From positions 64,001 to 128,000 of IMG/VR virus record IMGVR_UViG_3300038679_000051: a stretch of 64,000 nt of DNA, one strand, 5' to 3'. This DNA is from a virus. Its lineage: Duplodnaviria; Caudoviricetes. Below, piece by piece: positions 56,292 through 64,000 of this stretch (within the stretch, counting starts at the first letter, position 1; each line of letters starts with the position of its first letter). The notes under the pieces were generated by a model, which was not told where the DNA came from, ran no database searches, and worked only from the letters and a program-made list of their open reading frames with translations. Made by a program: the position numbers and the translations under genes.

Positions 56292-56525
56292 CTAGTCCTG
56301 CGAGGCTTCCCATTCAACTTCACCCAACGGGAAGGGTCCGAACCCCTTGGTACAGACATGGGTCTTTTCTCCCGCACCCATGACATAGCTGATGACCCGA
56401 TCCGCCGTTTCTCCGGCAATACGGATCTTGTCACCTTTCTTGAGATTCGCACCAGCCGCTCCCACTTTCAAGCTGCCCGTGTCGTTGTTCGTCACTTTGT
56501 TCGCCATTCTACACCTCCCTCTCAA
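56292..56525 (-). CDS. small protein, tandem paralogue A (probable start MANKVT)
   Basis: NNDTGSLKVG..G.NLK.GDKIRI...ISY.MGAGEKTHVCTKGFGPFPLGEVE. Confidence 0.6.
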   Translation of the reverse strand: MRGRCRMANKVTNNDTGSLKVGAAGANLKKGDKIRIAGETADRVISYVMGAGEKTHVCTKGFGPFPLGEVEWEASQD

Positions 56526-56577
56526 ATTAGAAGATTATCGTCGGGTGAAACACTCACCTTACGAAACCTTCTGGTTT

Positions 56578-56639
56578 CCCATTAGGGAGAGAAAATCCTC
56601 CCCCTTTCGGCTGGGGACCACCCAGCCTCATCAGATGGG
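56578..56639 (-). ncRNA. type I hammerhead ribozyme (H8)
   Basis: CCCAT-CTGATGA-GGCTGGG(TGGTC)CCCAGCC-GAAA-GGGGGAGG..TCTCTCCC-TA/ATGGG-AAACCA; loop TGGT complements tail ACCA. Confidence 0.9.
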
Positions 56640-56846
56640 TTATTCAGCCGAGAACTCGACCTCACCCAACGGGAAGGGTCCGAACCCCTTGGTACAGACA
56701 TGGGTCTTTTCTCCCGCACCCATGATGTAGCTGATGGTCCTGATCTTGTCCTCGCCAGAAATCCGGATTTTATCCCCGACCTTGAGGTTTTCCCCGGCTT
56801 TCCCCACTTTTAGGGACCCCGTGTCGTTGTTGAGTACCTTCGCCAT
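56640..56846 (-). CDS. small protein, tandem paralogue B
   Basis: Near-identical to 56292..56525; TAA stop abuts the first base of H8. Confidence 0.6.
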   Translation of the reverse strand: MAKVLNNDTGSLKVGKAGENLKVGDKIRISGEDKIRTISYIMGAGEKTHVCTKGFGPFPLGEVEFSAE

Positions 56847-56883
56847 AGTAGTATCTCCCTCTCTCAGAAAAACCAGACGAGCA

Positions 56884-57355
56884 GGCCAGCCGACCAGCCA
56901 GTCGGCCCCGTCCCGCCCGTCCCGTCCCCCGCCCCACCCGCGCCCCGCCCCCGCCCGGCCCGCGCCGGGCGATCCGATTCCTTTCCAGCGAGAGATATAT
57001 TCCGTATGCGACCCTTAACTAAAAATCATAACTATCTTGTTCTTCCAGCGAGCGAGAGATATATTCCATATGCGACCCCTGCATGTTTGGTAGAACAATA
57101 ACTAAAAATCATAACTGTACACACATTGTCCATATTTCCGTGTGCAGTGAGGTAATGAAATTGAGCCGACAGGCATTTCTGTGAGTGCAACTAATGCACA
57201 CACCACAACGTTCAATGAGACAATAACTAAAAAATCATAACTGTACACACATTGTCCATATGATTGAAGCATAACAGAACATCACAATGTTTGCAAAACA
57301 ATAGTATTTTAATGAGACGATAACTAAAAATCATAACTGTACACACATTGTCCAT
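56884..57355. other. GC-rich tract and 35-bp repeats at the strand switch (possible origin or terminus region)
   Basis: C-run tract at about 56905-56965; TAACTAAAAATCATAACTGTACACACATTGTCCAT at 57099-57133, 57224-57259, 57321-57355, partial at 57016-57033; GCGAGAGATATATTCCRTATGCGACCC twice. Confidence 0.5.
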
Positions 57356-57393
57356 GTTACTGTATTTATTGCCTTTTTCTGTGTGTTTTTTGT

Positions 57394-59433
57394 GTGTTAT
57401 GTCAAACATATTGGAGAACATTGGCGCAATACAATAATTCTGTATTGCCTGCTTTGAAAAATCAAAAGGAGAAAAATTTCATGTACCAGGACATTACGGA
57501 AGCTGATCTACCCAAAAAGGCACCGGTGCCAATGATGCCTACGGCGGATATTAAAAAACTGAGAACGGCTGCGCAACCGGAAGCGGCTAAAGCTGTTGCA
57601 GGACGATTGGAGAAGATTGATCCAAAAGTGCTCGCTGCTATGGCACATGCTCGTACTGAAAGAGGTACGGCGACGAAGAGCATGCAACATGGCATTGGTG
57701 GTGGTCCAGTTGATTTGTTACCACCGGCAGTGGTCAATGATTTCAGGGCCGCTCTACCACATTTTATTGATGTGGCGGCGGCTGGTGGTTATAGTCCTAG
57801 AAGGGTCGAACAAAATGATTTAGATGATGTCAAATCAGGCGAAGAAAAACCGGCCTGGTGGCATAACATGAATGAGAAACTTACGGAAATTAAAACTAAG
57901 GTTAAATCGATTTTTGAATTACACATTGATGATGCTGCATTGTTAGGTAGACATTCGAAACAAATAGATGACATGCATACGATGGGTCAGATGTTTGGTT
58001 ATTTGATGGCTGCGCTGCAACCACCTAAAGAAGAAACGGACGTTATGCGTACTGCTGCTGGTGAGATCAATAAAGCATTGAGAGGACCATATGTGGACGA
58101 TGACGATGATCCAACCGCCGAAACGGAAATATACGGCGATTGGTATAAACGAGCCGAAAAAATCGGATGGGATCGAGAGACTGGCATGCAAAAAGGTTGG
58201 AAATATCTTGAAGACAAGGACGGTAACGTCATTGAAACGCCAGATGGAGAATTGAAACGAAAACAGGGTGCCATACTTGAAGCATTGAAGAAGGAATTCC
58301 TGACTATCATGTATGCACAATTAATGGTACACGAAACGCTGTTGAAGGGCGACAATAAAAATAAACAAAAACTTGAACGAGATGCACAAGTAAGTAAACA
58401 GAGATATGAACATTGGGAAAATGAAATGGCTTTGCTTAAGAATGAAATCATTCACGATGAATACCCATTTACGAGATTTTTTCAATTGATGGAATCGATT
58501 ATACAAAAATCGGCACTCGGCGGCGGTGCCGTATTCCGGAAAGAACGTGACAAACACGCACTGGGCCGTAAGGGGAGACAAGAATTCAGATCACAAAAAG
58601 AATGGGATGACCTAGTACAACAAGTCACGCAACGTGCGAAGGACCCACAATCATCCCCAAATAAATATCAAGACATTGTCGATGAATACGTTGCAAAAGG
58701 TGCAAGCAAACAAGAGATCAATGACCTGATACGGACCGTTGAGGCCGAAAACGCATTCAAATGGGAACGGGAGAGAACTAAAATGAAAGAATCGACGGAA
58801 AAAACAAGTGTGCCACTAGTCGAAGTTGATCAAGAAGGACCAATCAATCTTGCTGATCGACCAGGTAATCCTGCACATACCTTCCAAAAAGTGTACCAAG
58901 AATTTGTTAAGAGATCTGAATTGCAACCAGTCACGCAACAGGATTATGACGACACTAAAAACGTTTGGTTCAATGCCATTAACACGCACATTGGCCATGG
59001 CATAAGCCAAAAGAATGCAAATAGAGTGTTTGAAGGCGTGAAAAAAATCGAAAACGATTACCCTGATTTACAGAAGAGATTCGAGAAATTATTGTTTTAT
59101 GGGACTAATTGGTTACTCTCCGCTATGGGTCTTAGTTCTGAATCATTTGAAATGATCGTCGACGATACGCTAGAATGTCTATTCGAAATAGATGAAAAAC
59201 GGCTTATAGCGATCATATCTGAATCTAAAACGCTATCCGAAGGCAAAGAAGAATCAATTGCCATGCTCCGCGAATTGTTAAACAAGGCGAAGCTAGGCGA
59301 CCTAACTAAATACGACATACACAACACCATCAAAAAACACGTTCCAGCCATGGAACGAAACACGCAACAATACGAAGACCTGTTCGACGGCCTACAAAGT
59401 GCATTGGAATCATACGGTAAAATCGTTGCCTAA
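57394..59433 (+). CDS. large helical hypothetical protein (probable start ATG 57481)
   Basis: AAGGAG RBS before MYQDITE; first gene of the plus-strand block. Confidence 0.6.
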   Translation: MLCQTYWRTLAQYNNSVLPALKNQKEKNFMYQDITEADLPKKAPVPMMPTADIKKLRTAAQPEAAKAVAGRLEKIDPKVLAAMAHARTERGTATKSMQHGIGGGPVDLLPPAVVNDFRAALPHFIDVAAAGGYSPRRVEQNDLDDVKSGEEKPAWWHNMNEKLTEIKTKVKSIFELHIDDAALLGRHSKQIDDMHTMGQMFGYLMAALQPPKEETDVMRTAAGEINKALRGPYVDDDDDPTAETEIYGDWYKRAEKIGWDRETGMQKGWKYLEDKDGNVIETPDGELKRKQGAILEALKKEFLTIMYAQLMVHETLLKGDNKNKQKLERDAQVSKQRYEHWENEMALLKNEIIHDEYPFTRFFQLMESIIQKSALGGGAVFRKERDKHALGRKGRQEFRSQKEWDDLVQQVTQRAKDPQSSPNKYQDIVDEYVAKGASKQEINDLIRTVEAENAFKWERERTKMKESTEKTSVPLVEVDQEGPINLADRPGNPAHTFQKVYQEFVKRSELQPVTQQDYDDTKNVWFNAINTHIGHGISQKNANRVFEGVKKIENDYPDLQKRFEKLLFYGTNWLLSAMGLSSESFEMIVDDTLECLFEIDEKRLIAIISESKTLSEGKEESIAMLRELLNKAKLGDLTKYDIHNTIKKHVPAMERNTQQYEDLFDGLQSALESYGKIVA

Positions 59434-59436
59434 TGC

Positions 59437-59760
59437 TTAGATTGTTCCATCATTGCGTACTTCCGTTCGGCCTACGCTCAATTTCTTTAAAATCATCCTC
59501 GCCATGTCCACGGCACAATATAACTGTGGGTTTTCCTTCTCAACATCCTCAAGTTCGTCTAACTCCATTGCCGCAAACGTCTCAAGGTTATCCAATACCC
59601 AAATAAGCCTCGGCAACAATGCGGTCGCAGTCGCGTTTTGTAGAGACTCATCAGATTGTATCCCAAAGTCGGCTATATGTCGTCCTTTATCGTCAACAAC
59701 CGCACATTGTCCATGGCCCTGCGTATCCACGTGCCAGTTTTCATTTTTAAAATCCTTCAT
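59437..59760 (-). CDS. hypothetical protein
   Basis: RBS GGAGG; W...GHG...VVDDKGRHIAD..NATA.A.LP motif. Confidence 0.5.
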   Translation of the reverse strand: MKDFKNENWHVDTQGHGQCAVVDDKGRHIADFGIQSDESLQNATATALLPRLIWVLDNLETFAAMELDELEDVEKENPQLYCAVDMARMILKKLSVGRTEVRNDGTI

Positions 59761-60047
59761 TTTTCTATCCTCCCCATGAAATCGTCGCTTATGACTACTG
59801 GGCGTTCAAAATTTCGACGTGCTTGGTTGAATTGTTTCATGAATTCCTCTTTCTCATTTGAATTCATGGTCTCATCGATAATTTTAATGGCCTCTTCATC
59901 AAAACCATTTTTTAGCCAATCATAAATGTGTCCCATTCGTTCATGTGCAATTACAGCTGGATCATTGCCAGTCGCCAATGCCTCTGAAGCGATGCTGGAC
60001 TCGAAAATTTTAACGATCATATCATCCATTTGGTTCCTCCTCTGCAA
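59757..60047 (-). CDS. hypothetical protein
   Basis: Co-oriented; probable start MDDM. Confidence 0.45.
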   Translation of the reverse strand: MQRRNQMDDMIVKIFESSIASEALATGNDPAVIAHERMGHIYDWLKNGFDEEAIKIIDETMNSNEKEEFMKQFNQARRNFERPVVISDDFMGRIEK

Positions 60048-60167
60048 ACGTCTTTAATCTATGTCATCAAATTCGTCAATTTATTTTTAAAATTGACGGA
60101 TTTATTCATTGCATATAAGTATTTAATGATTTGTGAATGATTCCATTTTCATCCAAAGGAGAAGAAA

Positions 60168-61433
60168 ATGTCTAATACTGATTTTGTGTTCAATGCCGGA
60201 AAATTGACGTTTGTAATGGATGGTGGGGCCGGAAGTTCTGGAAAAGGAAAAATTGGATCATTTATAGCAGAAAATTCGAGTAGTTGGCAATTTGCATGTC
60301 ATGCATTTATGTCAAATGCAGCGCACATAGTAATAATAGAATCTGGTAAACAATATTTATACCAATGTTTATCTTCAATGGCATATTTACATCAACGATA
60401 TGAGAAAATTTATATATGTGGTGGAGCAGTAATAGAATTGCCAGCATTATTGAAGGAGATCGAAGAAAATGGAATCCCGAAAGATAAAATTGGCATCCAT
60501 CCACTAGTGGCCATAGTCCAACAAATTGACATTGACTATGAATGTGGTTTGTGTGATTTGGACGGAAATTATTTCCAAGAACGACGAGTTTGTGAGAATC
60601 TCAAATTAGGTTCGACACTGCACGGAGTCGGTGCCGCACGAGCACGACGCATTTTGCGTAAAAACAATGCTTTATACGCAAAAGACGTACCCGAATTGCA
60701 GGAATATATATGTGATTCTCGTGCCGAAATAGTGACTAGACTAAACGGCGGCCAGTCAGGCATCTGTGAGATTGCTCAAGGATTCCAATTGGGATATTTG
60801 GAACCACGGTTCGCACCGAAGACGACGAGCCGCAATTGTACCGTCGCGGCCGCACTAGATGATTGTGGCATTCCGCCATTTTATGCTGGAAACGTAATCA
60901 TTAACTTTAGAACATATCCAATCCGCGTAAACAACAACAAATATGTAGATTCTAGAAATGGCAAGATTTTGAATCACGAGGAAATATCGCAAATGAAAAT
61001 TAAAGGCGACGATGGTTATGTCGAGACAATTAAAGGCGACAGTGGTGCTTGTTATGAAGATCAACAGGAAATCACCTGGGATAAAGTAACGAATGACAGC
61101 GGCATCAAGAACATCGACCCATCAGCCGAAATTAGAGAAACGACGTCACTCACTAAGTTGGAACGACGCGTATACAATTGGTCCAAAATCAATTTAAGAG
61201 ATGCAATCATTTATAATAAAACGAATGGTAAAACGTTTATTTCAGTTAATTTTATGAATTACGTTGACGCCACGTTAACCGGTAAACGAGGAATGGTTGT
61301 CGACGTCATGCACAATCATCCTAGAGCATCTGCGTGGTTGCAAAACAACGTCATGCAGGTAACAAATGGAACTGGTGCAATGTTGAAGTTTCTTGGTACC
61401 GGCGCAAAATCAAACGACATGGTTTGCTTCTGA
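60168..61433 (+). CDS. purZ: PurZ-type succinoadenylate synthetase (2-aminoadenine pathway)
   Basis: PurA fold with GSSGKG (Ser for the PurA catalytic Asp of GDEGKG), GSTLHGVG, RTYPIRV, SGACYED, TSLTKLERR (Leu for the PurA Arg), NFMNY in place of TKLD. Confidence 0.8.
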   Translation: MSNTDFVFNAGKLTFVMDGGAGSSGKGKIGSFIAENSSSWQFACHAFMSNAAHIVIIESGKQYLYQCLSSMAYLHQRYEKIYICGGAVIELPALLKEIEENGIPKDKIGIHPLVAIVQQIDIDYECGLCDLDGNYFQERRVCENLKLGSTLHGVGAARARRILRKNNALYAKDVPELQEYICDSRAEIVTRLNGGQSGICEIAQGFQLGYLEPRFAPKTTSRNCTVAAALDDCGIPPFYAGNVIINFRTYPIRVNNNKYVDSRNGKILNHEEISQMKIKGDDGYVETIKGDSGACYEDQQEITWDKVTNDSGIKNIDPSAEIRETTSLTKLERRVYNWSKINLRDAIIYNKTNGKTFISVNFMNYVDATLTGKRGMVVDVMHNHPRASAWLQNNVMQVTNGTGAMLKFLGTGAKSNDMVCF

Positions 61434-61459
61434 TTTGTAAAGTCTAAAAGGATAAATGT

Positions 61460-61933
61460 GTGACTAAAGAATGCAATAAGTGTGGCATACAAAAACCGCT
61501 TACCGCCTTTTCTAAAAATAAGAGTGATTCAAGTGGGTATTTTCGTTGGTGCAGAGAATGTTGGAACGCAGCAAGAAGAAAACGATATGCCAAAAATCCA
61601 GAACCGTTCAAATTGGCTGGTGAAAGGTACAGAAACAAGAAGGAATTAATGCTGTCTGAATGTTTTTGGTGTCATAAACCGGCCGTGAAATTATCGGCGA
61701 TCATACCAGGAACGTCGAGATTAGTCCCGACATGCAATGGGTGTTCATATGATGCTACCATTTTCGGTAGATTGAATAATGATAAAACAATAGAAATCTT
61801 ATCATCACTAAATGAAGACGACCTTAATAAGATAAGACACATTCTTATCGGTGAGGCACTAAACGTGAAATCTGCGATAGATGCAATGAATCTCTACGAC
61901 AAACATAAAAAAGAGAGGAAAGTGACAAAATGA
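61460..61933 (+). CDS. Zn-finger protein (HNH-associated N-terminal module, no nuclease core seen)
   Basis: CNKC..KPLTAFSKNK...WCREC; CFWC...CNGC. Confidence 0.55.
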   Translation: MTKECNKCGIQKPLTAFSKNKSDSSGYFRWCRECWNAARRKRYAKNPEPFKLAGERYRNKKELMLSECFWCHKPAVKLSAIIPGTSRLVPTCNGCSYDATIFGRLNNDKTIEILSSLNEDDLNKIRHILIGEALNVKSAIDAMNLYDKHKKERKVTK

Positions 61934-62286
61934 ATGTGATCATTTCAACTGGGATTGTGGTCGACAAACCAACATCATCAGGATTAATATATAATCGACA
62001 GACTGTGCAGAAAATTATAGATGATTTTAATAAAAATCCCAATGACGTGTGTGGTGGGTTATTAAATCGTAAATCAATTGAAAAAATTGGTAAGAAGACA
62101 CACAAGGTGAAAAGCGTCTTTCTACATAATGACGAATTAATGATGAATGCAGACATAATTGACGAATCAATTATGGACGATCTGAAAAATGGACAATTTG
62201 TCGCCAAACCAATAGTAATCAATGAATTGAACCAACCCACGAACGTAAAGGGTTTGCGCAGAATAGACATTGAGAGACGAAAATGA
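61930..62286 (+). CDS. possible degenerate prohead-protease-like protein
   Basis: DKPTSSGLIYNRQTVQKII...GGLL...THKVK resembles the T4 gp21-type N.NGRIY...GEL.H layout but lacks the His and SSRG motifs. Confidence 0.3.
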   Translation: MNVIISTGIVVDKPTSSGLIYNRQTVQKIIDDFNKNPNDVCGGLLNRKSIEKIGKKTHKVKSVFLHNDELMMNADIIDESIMDDLKNGQFVAKPIVINELNQPTNVKGLRRIDIERRK

Positions 62287-62714
62287 ATTTCAAAAATAGA
62301 TTATCCTTGATTATGGAAGACGTATTGTGTGAAGTAAGATATATGCATCTTATCTATGGACCCACAGACGACCCAGGGACTCGGAAATGGCAGGACAATC
62401 AAAACGAGAAATTTCAACGAGGACAAGCCACAGTCTATCTTAATACTATCGACGAATTATTGAAAAAATACTCCACACAACCAAGCGTCGAACAAATCAA
62501 GACAATAATAGACAAAAATTTTGAGTCATTGCTCACACGGTTGAATCTCCAGAATTTATATAATACGGCTTCTTATAGAAAATATATGAATTACATATCA
62601 AATTTTTTACATGAGAAATGGGACATGTTAGAGATTTTTGCTGACGTCGATGGCGATGAGTCAATTGACCAAGAATTAATTGATCGCCTTGCTGGTGGGC
62701 AGGATCGTGAATAA
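62283..62714 (+). CDS. hypothetical protein
   Basis: ATGA coupling. Confidence 0.5.
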   Translation: MNFKNRLSLIMEDVLCEVRYMHLIYGPTDDPGTRKWQDNQNEKFQRGQATVYLNTIDELLKKYSTQPSVEQIKTIIDKNFESLLTRLNLQNLYNTASYRKYMNYISNFLHEKWDMLEIFADVDGDESIDQELIDRLAGGQDRE

Positions 62715-62762
62715 TTGACTGTAGATCAAATCGCGATAAAAATCCTCTGAGGAGGACAAGCG

Positions 62763-63113
62763 ATGATCAGAACATATGACATTAAAGCTAAAAGACACCG
62801 GTTTGATCCAACCGACGAAGAAATAAAATTATATGAATGGATCAGAAACAACATTGAAATTCGTCCCTCGATTAGGAAAAACGGTCATGAAATGGTACGA
62901 ATTACCGATCATAAAGGCATTTTTTATATGAATCCAATGTACATGATGAATATGCCAAAAGAAATCATATCATTAGTCATCAAAGTTGCAAGAAATCAAC
63001 ATCCAAAATTTAATGGCGATGATGGCGAATTGTGCAGCATGATTTTAGAAAATAAATTGTCGTTGGATTTGTGCACCACCCCATATTATGAATATGAAAC
63101 ATTTGAAGTTTAG
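62763..63113 (+). CDS. hypothetical protein
   Basis: GAGGAG RBS. Confidence 0.5.
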   Translation: MIRTYDIKAKRHRFDPTDEEIKLYEWIRNNIEIRPSIRKNGHEMVRITDHKGIFYMNPMYMMNMPKEIISLVIKVARNQHPKFNGDDGELCSMILENKLSLDLCTTPYYEYETFEV

Positions 63114-63224
63114 TGACCGACGTTTGGCCGAGGAGAAAAGATGAGCGAACGAATTGGGGGTAGGTGATGGTTGTCGAGGGGGTCACTGAAGAGAGATTAG
63201 CGAAGGTGAAATGGGAGCGCACCA

Positions 63225-63827
63225 ATGACCGCTGAAACTGCGGAACTCATGGAAAGACGTGCTTTTCTTTCTAATGATCATTCTATTGCAACCCAACTGG
63301 GCATTGACGTGCTCAATGCAAGCCCGGATTGGGACGAGCACACTGTTCATCCTCAAACAGGTCCTAAGCCTTTGTGGAGCTTAACTATAAAAATGGAAAC
63401 ACCCAAAGAGATGCCGTTCAATAACTTCGGCAATGAACCGATTTTTGATGCTCCAAGAAGGACGATGGATTGGGTGCGACCGGTTGCAAAAAAACTGGAT
63501 GAGTTGTTGTCTCTTCCTCAAAACTGGGATTCTTACGGCGCTCCGAAGATCGCCGATTCCGTGGTTCCCACGGTAATCGGTCTCTTACAAGATGTGATGC
63601 TACCCACCACTCCGATTCCACAAATTTTTCCGACAAGTTCAGGGGGCGTTCAGTTGGAATGGCACCAAAACGGTGTTGACTTAGAAATCGAAATTGATCC
63701 GCACGACTTTGCGCACGTTCATTTCGTTTGTGAAAATTCCGTGCAAAGTGAAGAATTTGAGGGGGAGGCGTCAACTCATCAAAAAGAATTGGCGGAACAA
63801 ATTCGTTTTTTATCAAACTGCAAATAA
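63225..63827 (+). CDS. hypothetical protein of a widespread uncharacterised family
   Basis: LDELLSLPQNWDSYGA..I...PQIFPTSSGGVQLEWH..GVDLEIEI. Confidence 0.55.
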   Translation: MTAETAELMERRAFLSNDHSIATQLGIDVLNASPDWDEHTVHPQTGPKPLWSLTIKMETPKEMPFNNFGNEPIFDAPRRTMDWVRPVAKKLDELLSLPQNWDSYGAPKIADSVVPTVIGLLQDVMLPTTPIPQIFPTSSGGVQLEWHQNGVDLEIEIDPHDFAHVHFVCENSVQSEEFEGEASTHQKELAEQIRFLSNCK

Positions 63828-64000
63828 TCGAATTTCAATTCCTTAATTCTTTCTGTGCTATTTTCCAGAATTCTATTGCCCATCGTCTAGATTGACCAGT
63901 CGTTAATAACGGTATAACATTATCTTCTATCCATTCCTGGTCGATATTGTTTATTTTAATTAATTCTGCATAATCACCACGATCCTTCAGACGACCAGCA

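Noticed and set aside
57016-57355. CRISPR array
   Set aside because: The 35-bp repeats are non-palindromic, the gaps are long and uneven (61-90 nt) and partly repetitive, and no cas genes are visible.
60168-61433. Canonical purA
   Set aside because: Lacks GDEGKG, the TTGRxRR Arg and TKLD; the diagnostic residues match PurZ.
1-64000. Genome-wide stop-codon reassignment (TGA = Trp)
   Set aside because: Many genes end in TGA with ATGA coupling, and long genes have no internal TGA; only one isolated case was seen.
1-64000. tRNA or rRNA genes
   Set aside because: No cloverleaf with T-loop/D-loop consensus and no rRNA-like segment recognised by eye; tRNAscan-SE was not run.
1-64000. Eukaryotic giant-virus origin suggested by the repeat-protein expansion
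   Set aside because: Shine-Dalgarno sites, translational coupling, a sigma-like factor and sigma70-like promoters indicate a bacteriophage.

Overview
This window looks like part of a large (jumbo-type) bacteriophage genome. Genes are densely packed with Shine-Dalgarno sites and ATGA/TAATG coupling. Almost all lie on the minus strand from 1 to about 56.9 kb, then switch to mainly plus strand after a GC-rich, repeat-containing non-coding block at about 56.9-57.4 kb. Recognisable genes: HAD hydrolase, sigma-70-like factor with a Zn-ribbon insert, an OB-less ATP-dependent ligase domain, NAD-dependent DNA ligase LigA, WGR protein, SPL-like radical SAM, a Ycf46-type AAA ATPase with DUF2997/DUF1257-like partners, a Zn deaminase, a nucleotidyltransferase, a MoxR-like AAA with a VWA/metallopeptidase partner, a free-standing PD-(D/E)xK endonuclease and a stand-alone receiver domain. 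The adenylosuccinate-synthetase homologue carries PurZ (2-aminoadenine pathway) signatures. Three things stand out. (1) Seven intact and one decayed type I hammerhead ribozymes lie at gene junctions on the coding strand between 41.6 and 56.6 kb; they share a stem I, and four show covarying loop II pseudoknots (a fifth is possible). (2) Accessory genes are repeatedly bracketed by a duplicate of the upstream gene's 3' end; in the ligA case the duplicate is a synonymously diverged allele, suggesting integration of circular gene cassettes. (3) About 13 DUF4116-like 24-aa repeat genes are dispersed through the window and most share an N-terminal MHW leader. All assignments come from motif reading by eye; no database searches were run.
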